Shown here: piece after piece, positions 51,324 through 60,724 of the stretch
Numbering within the stretch: the first letter of the stretch is position 1
Layout: each line of letters begins with the position of its first letter
Assembly (NCBI GenBank): GCA_963666205.1
Contig: OY762654.1
Coordinates: 992,001 to 1,056,000, forward strand
Direction of reading: 5' to 3'
Length of the DNA: 64,000 nucleotides
DNA from: Synergistales bacterium
Lineage (GTDB): Bacteria; Synergistota; Synergistia; Synergistales; JAFGMB01
Translations under genes and position numbers: made by a program
Notes under the pieces: generated by a model
What the model was told of the DNA's origin: nothing
The model's database searches: none
What the model saw: the letters and a program-made list of their open reading frames with translations, nothing else

Positions 51324-52454
51324 TTGTCCACAGTAGCGCTGATGACGCAGAGAACTTACTCTGAAAAGGAACTTGAAGTCTCCATGGAAAAACTTCTCCA
51401 GGAACTTGGAGGGATGGATCCCCTTATCAGGCCCGGAGACAGGGTTCTCCTCAAACCGAACATGCTCTCGGCCAGGCCTGTCGCAAAAAGAATAACCACC
51501 GATCCCATGGTGGTAAGGATCATTGCCCGCATGGTACTGGACTGCGGAGCCAAACCCTTCATAGGTGACAGTCCCGGAATAGAACCCTTTCCCCAGGTGG
51601 CTAAAGCCTCAGGCATAGCGGAAATAGGAGAGGAACTGGGCATACCTGTGATCGAGCTGGATGATCCCGTTCCACTGAACAGGAATGACGATACAAGGTT
51701 CAGGAACATAGAAATATCCTCAAAGGTCATTCAGGCGGATAAAGTAATAAACATCCCAAAGCTCAAGACCCATGCCCAGATGCTTCTCACCCTCGGAGTA
51801 AAGAACCTTTTCGGAACAGTCGTAGCGCAGAGAAAGGCCGAGTGGCACTACAAGGTCGGGCTGGACAGGGACATCTTTGCCTCCCTTCACCTGGACATAT
51901 ACCATGCTATAAGACCTGTTATTACAATTCTTGACGGGATCTGGGGAATGGAAGGACACGGTCCCGGGAGCGGAACCCCCCGGAACTTCGGGATCCTTGC
52001 CGCTTCTGCAGACGCCGTAGCCCTGGACTGTTCCATCTGCAGAATACTCGGTGTACCCCTTGAGGACTTCCCCCTTTACCGGGAGGCAAAACGCAGAAAT
52101 ATAGGCCAGACAGACCTGGAGGAAGTTATTTACAGGGGAGATATGGATCCCCTCTCCGTAATTGAAGGAGTGGATATCCCCCGTCTCGACAGCCTTCACG
52201 TACTGCCCGGCTTCCTTAAGTTCTTTGGGAATACCATGATATCCCGTCCCGTCCAGGACCCGAACAGATGCATAGGGTGCGGGGAATGCGTCAGAATCTG
52301 CGCCGCCCATGCCATAAAGCTGGAGGGGAAAAGGCTTGACTACGATTACAGCAAATGCATCCGCTGCTTCTGCTGTCAGGAAGTATGCCCCATCAACGCC
52401 ATAGGGTTCAAAAAGGGATTCTTTCTGAAAGCGATGGAGATCTTCAGAAGGTAA
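51324..52454 (+). CDS. DUF362 protein with C-terminal 2x[4Fe-4S] ferredoxin domain
   Basis: VLLKPN, PKLKTH, GMEG.GP, CIGCGECVRIC, CIRCFCCQEVCP. Confidence 0.9.
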   Translation: MSTVALMTQRTYSEKELEVSMEKLLQELGGMDPLIRPGDRVLLKPNMLSARPVAKRITTDPMVVRIIARMVLDCGAKPFIGDSPGIEPFPQVAKASGIAEIGEELGIPVIELDDPVPLNRNDDTRFRNIEISSKVIQADKVINIPKLKTHAQMLLTLGVKNLFGTVVAQRKAEWHYKVGLDRDIFASLHLDIYHAIRPVITILDGIWGMEGHGPGSGTPRNFGILAASADAVALDCSICRILGVPLEDFPLYREAKRRNIGQTDLEEVIYRGDMDPLSVIEGVDIPRLDSLHVLPGFLKFFGNTMISRPVQDPNRCIGCGECVRICAAHAIKLEGKRLDYDYSKCIRCFCCQEVCPINAIGFKKGFFLKAMEIFRR

Positions 52455-52457
52455 CAA

Positions 52458-52710
52458 TGAATCGAAAATCTAAAATCCAAAATCCAAAATCGGTTAACCG
52501 CAGAGGGTCCGCCGTAAACCATCGTATAAAACCATTAGACCCAAGTAGTGGCGGACTTTCAGCGCTGAGGTTTCGCAGAGTAACACGCAGGAAGACAAGA
52601 ACCGTAGGGTGCTGCTTTAGCGCACCGAAACGACCAAGGTTGATAGATGTCACGAAATCGTAAATTTGTACCAGGAAGGACTTTCGGATCGGAGGGCACA
52701 GAGGAAAACA
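52458..52710. repeat. Mosaic repeat block 2 (reverse orientation)
   Basis: AAAATC(C/T) heptamers, GTAG palindrome at 52604-52626, reversed GGCAC hairpin at 52649-52672. Confidence 0.88.
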
Positions 52711-52804
52711 TAAGACATAAAAACCGTAGACCTTTTCACCTATATCATGAAATCCCTGCCTTATTCATTGAATAAACATAATGTACATGATAATATTTAA
52801 CCAT

Positions 52805-52834
52805 ACTTCAAAAATATCATGATAATTTTGAAGT
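52805..52834. promoter_or_regulatory. Palindromic operator-like site upstream of the AAA-DUF4143 gene
   Basis: ACTTCAAAAATATCATGATAATTTTGAAGT (one mismatched pair), with an extra half-site at 52837-52853. Confidence 0.6.
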
Positions 52835-52865
52835 TGACTTAAAAATTATCATAAGAGGTACCTCG

Positions 52866-54044
52866 ATGATCAAAAGATATATTGCAGATATTATCAGGGA
52901 AGATCTCCAACATAAAATGGTGTTCATAGGCGGCCCAAGACAGGTAGGAAAAACTACCCTCGCAAAAATGATAGGTGAAGATTACCCCTCTTTCACCTAT
53001 CTGAACTGGGATTTCCGCCCCCACAGAGAAGCTCTTGTAAGATCGACACTACCTGCTGAAACAAATCTCCTGATCCTTGACGAGATCCACAAATATCCTG
53101 ATTGGAAATCTCTGATAAAGGGGATCTGGGACACCAGGACAGGCGACGAATCCATTCTGGTAACTGGAAGCTCCAAGCTGGACATTTACAGAAGAGGCGG
53201 GGATTCTCTCCTTGGCAGGTACCACTATTTTCGACTTTATCCTTTGACTCTGAAAGAACTGAATTCTCAAGCTCCCGTAGGCATGGATTTCCCGGATAAA
53301 GCTCCGAAACTTGATCTGGACTTATCGGGGAAAGGATTGGACAAGCTCCTTTTTTTTGGAGGTTTTCCAGAACCTCTGCTTTCGGAAAGCGAAAGGGTAT
53401 TGAAAAGGTGGCAAAGAGAAAGATTTGAAAGGGTCTTCAGAGACGATATCAGGGAAACAGAGAACATAAGATCTCTTGCACAGATAGAGCTTCTGGCAGC
53501 TATGCTTCCATCCAGGGTGACATCACCCTTATCTCTGAATTCTCTGGCTGAAGACCTGGAAACCAGTTCAAACACAGTAAAAAGCTGGATGGATCTTCTT
53601 TGCAGAAATTATTTCACCTTTAAAATACCTCCATATCACAAGCGTCTTGAAAGGGCTCTCAAAAAAAGTTCTAAATACTATCTTTGGGACTGGTCCGAAA
53701 TAAAGGATGAAGGTGCACGTTTTGAAAACCTTATGGCAGTTCATTTGTTGAAATATGCACATTTTATCCAGGACAGCCATGGAATTTCTGTTGAACTGTA
53801 TTACCTCAGGGATACTGCTAAACGGGAAGTGGATTTTCTGCTGACTTGGCAAGACAAACCCTGGATTCTTGTCGAAACCAAGGTTAACCATGGTGATAGT
53901 TTAACCTCTCTGAACTATTTTGCAGATAAGCTTGGAGTTGATGAAAAATATGTAGTATGTCTGAATGATAAAAAAGATTACCTCGACAGGAACTCCGGCG
54001 TAAGGGTAATACCTGCAAGCAGATTTCTAATGTCCCTTGTGTGA
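52866..54044 (+). CDS. AAA_14 ATPase with DUF4143 (wHTH + PD-(D/E)XK-like) domain
   Basis: GPRQVGKTT Walker A, LILDEIH Walker B, VTGSS, LLGR, GGFPE, FEN, EVDFLL...LVETK. Confidence 0.92.
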   Translation: MIKRYIADIIREDLQHKMVFIGGPRQVGKTTLAKMIGEDYPSFTYLNWDFRPHREALVRSTLPAETNLLILDEIHKYPDWKSLIKGIWDTRTGDESILVTGSSKLDIYRRGGDSLLGRYHYFRLYPLTLKELNSQAPVGMDFPDKAPKLDLDLSGKGLDKLLFFGGFPEPLLSESERVLKRWQRERFERVFRDDIRETENIRSLAQIELLAAMLPSRVTSPLSLNSLAEDLETSSNTVKSWMDLLCRNYFTFKIPPYHKRLERALKKSSKYYLWDWSEIKDEGARFENLMAVHLLKYAHFIQDSHGISVELYYLRDTAKREVDFLLTWQDKPWILVETKVNHGDSLTSLNYFADKLGVDEKYVVCLNDKKDYLDRNSGVRVIPASRFLMSLV

Positions 54045-54046
54045 TC

Positions 54047-54929
54047 AGTCGTTTCGGTGCGCTAAAGCAGCACCCTACGGTTCTTGTCTTCCTGCGTGTT
54101 ACTCTGCGAAACATTTGCGCTTACAGTCCGCCTTAACGTCTTTGTAAGATGGTTTGCGGCGGATCCTCTGCGGTAAACCGATTTTAGATTTTGGATTTTA
54201 GATTTTGGATTAGATCCATTGAGTTCCTCCGTGGTGAAAGGGTTTTAACGGTTCAGCTTTACGGTTCTTAGGTTTAACTCGTGCAAAATAGTATCACCGT
54301 TTTGCGCAGTAGAAAAAAGATTTGAGGGCTTCCTCTGCGCTCTCTGCGCCCTCTGCGGTAAAATAGCTTTTGATTTTGACCTGGGTTCCCTCCGTGGTGA
54401 AAGGGTTTAACGGTTCAGCTTTACGGGTTTTCATGGCACAAAGCTGCGCTTTCGTGCCTCCACAAAACCTTTATCTCAGTAGCATCTGGTCCGAATGTAC
54501 GAATCTTTCATCTTACTCCTGAAGAGTTACCCCAAGGGTTTATGTCTTCCTCTGCGCTCTCTGCGCCCTCTGCGGTAAAATAGCTTTTGACTTTGACCTG
54601 GGTTTCCCTCCGTGTACCTCCGTGCCCTCCGTGGTGAAAAAGTTTGGGGTGGATGTTATAGTTACTGGTTTTATTGTTTCCATGGCACAAATCTCCGATT
54701 TCGTGCCTCCCCAAAACCTTTATCTCAGTAGCATCTGGTCTGAATGGATGTTGACATGGAACTCAACTTTATCTTACCGGCCCGAAGGTCCGCCCGTCCA
54801 CGGTTTGTTTAGATGGGTTTTGGCGGATTTCCTCTGTGCTCTCTGCGCCCTCTGCGGTAAAACAGCTTTTGACTTTGACCTGGTTTCCCTCCGTGGTACT
54901 CCGTGTCCTCCGTGGTGAAAAGGTTTGGG
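54047..54929. repeat. Mosaic repeat block 3
   Basis: 65-bp inverted copy of 52570-52634, 7-mer array, three CTCTGCG 9-mer arrays, hairpins at 54281, 54435 and 54684. Confidence 0.92.
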
Positions 54930-56294
54930 TCAGGATCTCCAATAATCACATACCAGGTCTTCCAGCCTTACCAGGTTAATATCCTCTGATGATTCCAACC
55001 CCTTGAAACCTGACCTGGAGAATATATAAAATACCGTTCTGCTGCAATCCCTTCCGACTACTTTCCGGATCTTGTCAGCCTTACCTGCCAGATCCATGAA
55101 AACCCTTGAATTTGCCGGCTCACGAGTCCATTTACATTCACCAAGCACCAGGGTCTCGCCCTTTACAGCCACTATATCAACCTCATCCTCACCATCCCAC
55201 CACCTGCCCATACCTTCAGGGTTTATCCAATCTTTCAGAACCTGCCTGCAGATCTTCTCCCAGGTAAAGGAAGTATGCATAGAAAGAGTGGATGAGATCT
55301 TTTCCTGGACATCAGACCCTCTCTCCCTATAGATAAGTTCCTGATCGTCCAGCAGATACCTGAAATAAAAACGCAGATACTCATCCTCGATGAAGTACAG
55401 GGGGATCTTTTTAGGTCTTTTCAGGGAGAAGGGAAGTTCCTTGCGGATCAGTCCAAGCTCAAGGAGATTCCTCAGGTAAGTTGAAATGTTCTGATGGGGA
55501 ATACCAGTGATCTGTGCTATTTCGGATGCCCTGGTCCTGCCCTTTGCAATTGTCCTCAGGATCGAAAAATATGAAGTTGGATCCTTTTTGAACTCCTCCA
55601 TAACCAGAAAACGGCCCTCTTCCACTAGAAATTCACCAGGGCTCAGCATCGATTCCTTCAGTGCATTATTAAAAGAACCGTGTCCAGACATCTTCTTGAG
55701 ATAAAGAGGAATTCCCCCAACTGCAGAATATGTTTTTACCTGGTCTTCCATGTTCAGGTCAGGTAAAAATTTTCTTGCCTGCAGAAATCCCATAGGATCG
55801 ATACGGTATTGCCCTGTTCTTCTGCCATATATGGGACTGCTCTCTGCCAGGGTGATTCTTTCCATCATGCCGATAAAGGAACCGCAAAGCACCATCATCA
55901 CCGGCAGTTTACTGAATACCTGATCCCACCATCTCTGAAAAAGGGAAAGAAAGGAATCATCCTTGATGGGAATATACTGAAATTCGTCCCATACGATAAC
56001 CAGTTTTTCTCTGGATAATTTGATCATCTTTTCCAGAAGGGAGAACATCTCATCCCATTTAGTGACTTCCAGAGACAAAGGCAGTTCTGCTTTTTCTTTA
56101 AGGGGAATAGAGAACCTGTTGATCAGCTGCTGCGGTTCAGACATATCAGCAGTCAGGAAAAGAGCTCCGGGAAATGTGTTCTCAAGGAGGAAAGTCTTCC
56201 CTACCCTTCTCCTGCCATATATAACGACCAGCTCTGCATTTTCAGACCTGAACTTTTTTTCAAGAAATTCTTTCTCCTGTATCCGATCTATCAT
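54930..56294 (-). CDS. Archaeal-type ATPase with DUF234 (wHTH + PD-(D/E)XK-like) domain
   Basis: YGRRRVGKT, VWDEFQ, LCGS, YGRRT, GGIPLYL, EVDIVA...LGECKW; start at MIDRIQE. Confidence 0.92.
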   Translation of the reverse strand: MIDRIQEKEFLEKKFRSENAELVVIYGRRRVGKTFLLENTFPGALFLTADMSEPQQLINRFSIPLKEKAELPLSLEVTKWDEMFSLLEKMIKLSREKLVIVWDEFQYIPIKDDSFLSLFQRWWDQVFSKLPVMMVLCGSFIGMMERITLAESSPIYGRRTGQYRIDPMGFLQARKFLPDLNMEDQVKTYSAVGGIPLYLKKMSGHGSFNNALKESMLSPGEFLVEEGRFLVMEEFKKDPTSYFSILRTIAKGRTRASEIAQITGIPHQNISTYLRNLLELGLIRKELPFSLKRPKKIPLYFIEDEYLRFYFRYLLDDQELIYRERGSDVQEKISSTLSMHTSFTWEKICRQVLKDWINPEGMGRWWDGEDEVDIVAVKGETLVLGECKWTREPANSRVFMDLAGKADKIRKVVGRDCSRTVFYIFSRSGFKGLESSEDINLVRLEDLVCDYWRS

Positions 56295-56314
56295 ATGCGC
56301 ACCCCCAAAATCAA

Positions 56315-56357
56315 AAAATACAGAAGATATATTCTGCAAATATATCTTCTGTATTTT
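56315..56357. promoter_or_regulatory. Perfect 19-bp inverted repeat upstream of the ATPase-DUF234 gene
   Basis: AAAATACAGAAGATATATT-ctgca-AATATATCTTCTGTATTTT, ending about 20 nt before the start codon. Confidence 0.65.
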
Positions 56358-56384
56358 AAGGGCTGCTCTTATAAATTGCAAATA

Positions 56385-56770
56385 GTCCTTTCGGTGCGCT
56401 CTCTGCGGTAAACCAGCTTTTGCCTTAGGTTTTATGTTTTCCTCAGATATTCCTCCGTACCCTCCGCAGTAAAAGTGTCTACTGTTTTCAGGTTTTATGT
56501 TTCCCTCTGTGCCCTCCAGGTCTAATCTTTACCATGGCACAAAGCTGCGCTTTCGTGCCTCCACAAAACCTTAAAGTTAAGATGTAATCTATCTGAACTG
56601 TCAAAAAAGGAATAAATCCTGAATATTATGTCAAAGAAGTCTTGTTTTCCTCATGTTTTACCTCTGCGGTACTCTGCGTGACCCCTGCGCCCTCTGCGGT
56701 AAAACAGGTTTTGACTTTGACCTGGGTTTCCCTCCGTGGTGAAAGGGTTTTAACGGTTCAGCTTTACGGG
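56385..56770. repeat. Mosaic repeat block 4
   Basis: Half REP-like GTCCTTTCGGTGCGCT, 9-mer arrays, GGCAC hairpin at 56536, CGGTTCAGCTTTACGGG module. Confidence 0.85.
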
Positions 56771-58905
56771 GTATCTCCCCTTCGGTAATTCCCGCTCAGG
56801 TAATCATACAACCCATACACCCGCACCGGATCCTCCAATACCCTGCCCCCCATATCCGCACAGTACCTCTCCAGTTCCTGGTATAGATTCTTCCCCAGCA
56901 CATCCGGGTTAAGCTGCCTCAGAAGCTGTTCCGGGGTCTGCCAGGCACCGGGCTGACGGGCAGCATAGTAATTCCATGTAGACAGAAGGGTGAATTCCGA
57001 AGTCCATGTGTGGGCACTTTCCCTGCCGAACCAGTAATCCGCCGGTATCTCCAGATACATGCCAGCATTGCTGTAACTTTTGTCCATGGTCAGGTTATCC
57101 GTTCTGGCGATCCAGAATCCCACACCAAGGTTGTTCCACCACCTGGTCGCAGAAAACCTGGCACCCCAGTCACCGTCTATAAAGACACCGTACTCTCCAG
57201 TAAGGTCAAGGTCATAAACAGGATCATGATAACCGGCCTGGGCCCAGTACTCCCACCACCACTCATCATCCGGATAACCTCTTCCCACGGTTATCCTGCC
57301 CGTTCCTCCGAATGTCACCGGCTTATCAGCCAGGGAAGCGAAACCCTCGGGGTCCCTTTCATGGACCACGCTCATCCGGCCCCCTACCCACCATCGGCCG
57401 TCATCGCTGTAAAACCTGGCCCATGCATTTCCGCCGAACCACTGGGCATCCAGCCACCCGGCCTCACCCAGGGCAAAGAACCTGTCGTTTATCTTGTAAA
57501 GGTAACTGAGAACACCCTTCCATATGCGGGTTTCGTCATTGGTCTCGGGTTCCCAGTAAATATCTATATCGTTATCGATGGGCTGGCGGATATCCATAAT
57601 GGCCTCCCAGCCATGGCTCGACCTCATGCGGTAGATCCAGTCAACACTCCAGCGGTCCATATAATCTTCCTGGAGGGTCCTGTCGATGCGGGGTTCGTAG
57701 ACAAGCATGGCCTTGAATTCCGAATTGCCCTTATGTCCCGACCTGCCAGGACCATAGTGGACAGGCCACTTGTCACGGAAAAGATCATCCCGGACCCAGG
57801 TGATTTCAGCCCCGGCCGCATCGGTTGCACTTATGTCGCCAAGGCGCAGTAGACCGCACTGGTAACCGGGAACTTCAAGAACACTGATGGCCTCGCCTCG
57901 AAGCCTTGGCACCAGGAAAAGGCTTTCCGTATCCCATGGAAGAAGCAGGGAAGTAAGGGTCATAACCCGGGCCATGGCCTCAGCCTGGGACGTATAGCCG
58001 ATATTCTCGTAGGCCACAAGGACTCTCCTGTCACCGATGAACACCTCCACATCCCGAACACCGACCCTGTTTCCGACATACTCCACAATCTGCTCTGCAA
58101 GACCTTCCAGGTCAGTTTTCTCCCAGTCGGGAAGGGTTACATCTGAAGATTCGGGAAGTGCATATTTCTTTTTATTTTTCCCGAAAAAGGGCTTCGTGAG
58201 GTCAAAATTGTATGAAAGGCCGAAACACCACTCCTCACCCCTCTGATAACTCAGGGAAGCATCCACACCCCAGGGGGTCTTCGCCACAAATCCCGCATTT
58301 ACCTTTGAATCGACATCCTCCGCGATGATCCGTCTGGAACCTATAGTATCCTGGCTGTAATCCAGAGGGCTGTACTCAGCCTTGACCTCAAGCCAGTCAT
58401 AGGGCTGCCATGAAAGGCCGCCGAAAAAGCCGTTAAGTCTGTCGCTGCCATAACCCCATGTGAGGGCAAGCCTGTCCCATTCCCAGGTGGCCACGCTGTA
58501 ATAGGCCTGCATTATCTTCGTACCCAGAATGTCCGTAACGCCAAAGGCAACACTGGGGCGGCACTCATCCTGTTGAAACATGAGAAATTTAAGGTCAATG
58601 GCCTTGTCCTTGTATTTTCCGTAACCTTCCGATATCTGTGGCCCCGTAGCGAAACGGGTAAGGCGCAGGTTCAGTTCCATCCAGGGAAAATAACCGAGGG
58701 AAATGTAGTATGGCCTGTAGGGCTCGAACCATGAAATGCCCACCCTGCCCATACCGTCACCGGGCACCTGTGCCGTGGGGTACTCCCACAGGCCGAGGAA
58801 TCCAGCATTGGAAGGACTTGCTCCGTATGAACTGCCTGTAAAGGCTGTAATAAGTAACAGAGAAAAGACAAAGACCGTTAAAAATATCCTGCGAAAAATG
58901 ACCAA
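56764..58905 (-). CDS. YjbH-domain outer-membrane protein (exopolysaccharide-related beta-barrel)
   Basis: Signal peptide, GFLGLWEYPTA, YKDKAIDLKF, VKAEYS, Trp/Tyr-rich beta strands. Confidence 0.82.
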   Translation of the reverse strand: MVIFRRIFLTVFVFSLLLITAFTGSSYGASPSNAGFLGLWEYPTAQVPGDGMGRVGISWFEPYRPYYISLGYFPWMELNLRLTRFATGPQISEGYGKYKDKAIDLKFLMFQQDECRPSVAFGVTDILGTKIMQAYYSVATWEWDRLALTWGYGSDRLNGFFGGLSWQPYDWLEVKAEYSPLDYSQDTIGSRRIIAEDVDSKVNAGFVAKTPWGVDASLSYQRGEEWCFGLSYNFDLTKPFFGKNKKKYALPESSDVTLPDWEKTDLEGLAEQIVEYVGNRVGVRDVEVFIGDRRVLVAYENIGYTSQAEAMARVMTLTSLLLPWDTESLFLVPRLRGEAISVLEVPGYQCGLLRLGDISATDAAGAEITWVRDDLFRDKWPVHYGPGRSGHKGNSEFKAMLVYEPRIDRTLQEDYMDRWSVDWIYRMRSSHGWEAIMDIRQPIDNDIDIYWEPETNDETRIWKGVLSYLYKINDRFFALGEAGWLDAQWFGGNAWARFYSDDGRWWVGGRMSVVHERDPEGFASLADKPVTFGGTGRITVGRGYPDDEWWWEYWAQAGYHDPVYDLDLTGEYGVFIDGDWGARFSATRWWNNLGVGFWIARTDNLTMDKSYSNAGMYLEIPADYWFGRESAHTWTSEFTLLSTWNYYAARQPGAWQTPEQLLRQLNPDVLGKNLYQELERYCADMGGRVLEDPVRVYGLYDYLSGNYRRGDTP

Positions 58906-58948
58906 CCACTCCCCGAAGAAAAGTCAAACAAAAAACGAACCAGAACAA

Positions 58949-59112
58949 TTTTACCGCAGAGGACGCAGAGAACGCAGAGGAAAGCGTAACCCTGAGTGAA
59001 CCATTTTTCTTTAACCTGCTGCGTATATATTTCCGAGTTCATCCGCTCAGACCTTATCCAACTTAGACTGAGGTTAATGGATGTCACATAATCATAGATT
59101 TGTGCCAGGAGA
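58949..59112. repeat. Mosaic repeat block 5 (reverse orientation)
   Basis: TTTTACCGCAGAGGACGCAGAGAACGCAGAGG and a reversed GGCAC hairpin at 59083-59106. Confidence 0.88.
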
Positions 59113-59149
59113 AACTCTAGCCATAAATTCTGGCTGGTTACTGGATTTA

Positions 59150-59527
59150 CTACAGCCCGTTGGCAAATCGGGTTATACCATCCTTAAGTTTGACTACATT
59201 GAAATTAATAAGCAATCCTAGTTTCTTGCCGCTCAGTTTCAAGTAAGAAAGGATCTGAGCCTTATGTATATCCGTTATTTTTTCAACGGATTTAAGTTCA
59301 ATAATAATCTCGTCCTCTACAACCAGATCCAGACGATAACCCAAGTCTATTTTGACTTCATCATAAATCACAGGAAGAACTTTCTGGGACTCAACTTTAA
59401 AGCCTCTTTTATTTAATTCATAACAAAGACAAGCTTCATATGAACTTTCGAGAAGACCCGGACCTAAAGCAGAATGTACTTTAACAGCGCTATCAATAAT
59501 TTCTTTGCTTATCTCATTTATCTCCAT
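59150..59527 (-). CDS. GxxExxY protein (PD-(D/E)XK nuclease-like fold)
   Basis: 125 aa; VHSALGPGLLESSYE, YRLDLVVE..IIIELKSV, AQILSYLK, GLLINF; visibly AT-rich. Confidence 0.95.
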   Translation of the reverse strand: MEINEISKEIIDSAVKVHSALGPGLLESSYEACLCYELNKRGFKVESQKVLPVIYDEVKIDLGYRLDLVVEDEIIIELKSVEKITDIHKAQILSYLKLSGKKLGLLINFNVVKLKDGITRFANGL

Positions 59528-59604
59528 AGGTCTGAATACCCCCCAATTCAGTCATGACAAAACCCTAACCATTCTACAACAAAATTGTTTTTGGTTTTGC
59601 CTCT

Positions 59605-60102
59605 AAGTCGTGCAAAACCGAGTCTGGTTTTGCGCAGTAGGAAAAAGATTTGCGGGTTTCCTCTGCGCTCTCTGCGCCCTCTGCGGTAAAACAGGTTTGA
59701 GGGTAGATTTTATAGTTTCCGTTTTTATTGTTTCCATGGCATAAATCTACGATTTCATGCCATACATCAACTTTGAGGTAAAGTAGTATCTAGTCCGAAC
59801 ATTCTGAACCCAGAATTGGGAAAATCCCATATTCCGCAATGTTTTAAGCTTTTCCTCCGCGGTACTCTGCGCTCCCTCTGTGTCCTCTGCGGTAAAACAG
59901 GTTTGAGGGTAGATTTTATAGTTTCCGTTTTTATTGTTTTCATGGCACAAATCTACGATTTCGAGCCTCCCCAAAACCTTTATCTTCGTAGGATATGGTC
60001 TGTCCGGACAAATATCACATGTTATTCATGAACAGTTATACCAAGGTTTTACGCCTTCCTCCGTGGTAAAAGGGTTATAACGGTTCAGCTTCACGGGTTT
60101 TA
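59605..60102. repeat. Mosaic repeat block 6
   Basis: Hairpin at 59610, 9-mer arrays at 59657 and 59865, near-identical about 78-bp tandem copies at 59679 and 59885, GGCAC/GGCAT hairpins at 59738 and 59944. Confidence 0.92.
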
Positions 60103-60142
60103 CTCTTGAAAAAGGAAACTTCATGTTTCAAAGTAAACCATT

Positions 60143-60724
60143 TTATTTTACTCTCATTACAACTCCGCCATTGCCCCCAACATTTGCTGGATTTTCCGAT
60201 GCTATAAATAAACTCTTCGAAGGATCATCAAGATTCTCGCTCAGGGAACCATCATAGATCCCGCTTTCGGGAGACATCCTTTCCAGCTGTTTTCTGATCG
60301 AATAATCCGCATAGGTATTAGTAACATTGGCTGCAACATAAATATGAACATCTGGAGTGGCATAGGAAGGATCGCTTCCCGGCCCGGAAACATAGATAAA
60401 GTACGGGTTCTTTGAAGCATTATTCCAATCCTTTGGACCCGTTATACTGTGAGGTTCAGGTATACCCCTGTCCAGGTATTGGCTCAGGCTGTTTATGCTA
60501 ATTACACCCCAACCCTGCTCACTCTGGGAAAACCACTGCTGATTATCAGCATAGTACATAACTACTGCAGTCTTGAGAACTTCCAGGTTTGAGACTATCT
60601 TTGTCGCCTCGCTCTTACTGGTCGCGCTTCCGATTGTGATCATAAGAGAACCTGAGAGAATGCCTATAATGATGATTACAATGAGGATCTCTATAAGGGA
60701 AAAACCTCTGCTGCGCTTTTTCAA
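60143..60724 (-). CDS. Type IV pilin / prepilin-type N-terminal methylation protein
   Basis: MKKRSRG|FSLIEILIVIIIIGILSG class III signal, followed by SKSEATKIVSNL..LKTA..MYYAD. Confidence 0.9.
   Translation of the reverse strand: MKKRSRGFSLIEILIVIIIIGILSGSLMITIGSATSKSEATKIVSNLEVLKTAVVMYYADNQQWFSQSEQGWGVISINSLSQYLDRGIPEPHSITGPKDWNNASKNPYFIYVSGPGSDPSYATPDVHIYVAANVTNTYADYSIRKQLERMSPESGIYDGSLSENLDDPSKSLFIASENPANVGGNGGVVMRVK

Noticed and set aside
52570-54112. Classical IS element defined by the inverted repeats
   Set aside because: The enclosed ORF is an AAA-DUF4143 protein with no DDE or HUH transposase motifs, and no target duplication was seen.
4168-57852. Long antisense or alternate-frame ORFs (e.g. 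4168-4995, 21468-22310, 43781-44578, 45669-46466, 51720-52457, 57010-57852)
   Set aside because: Each overlaps a well-supported gene and shows no recognisable motifs.
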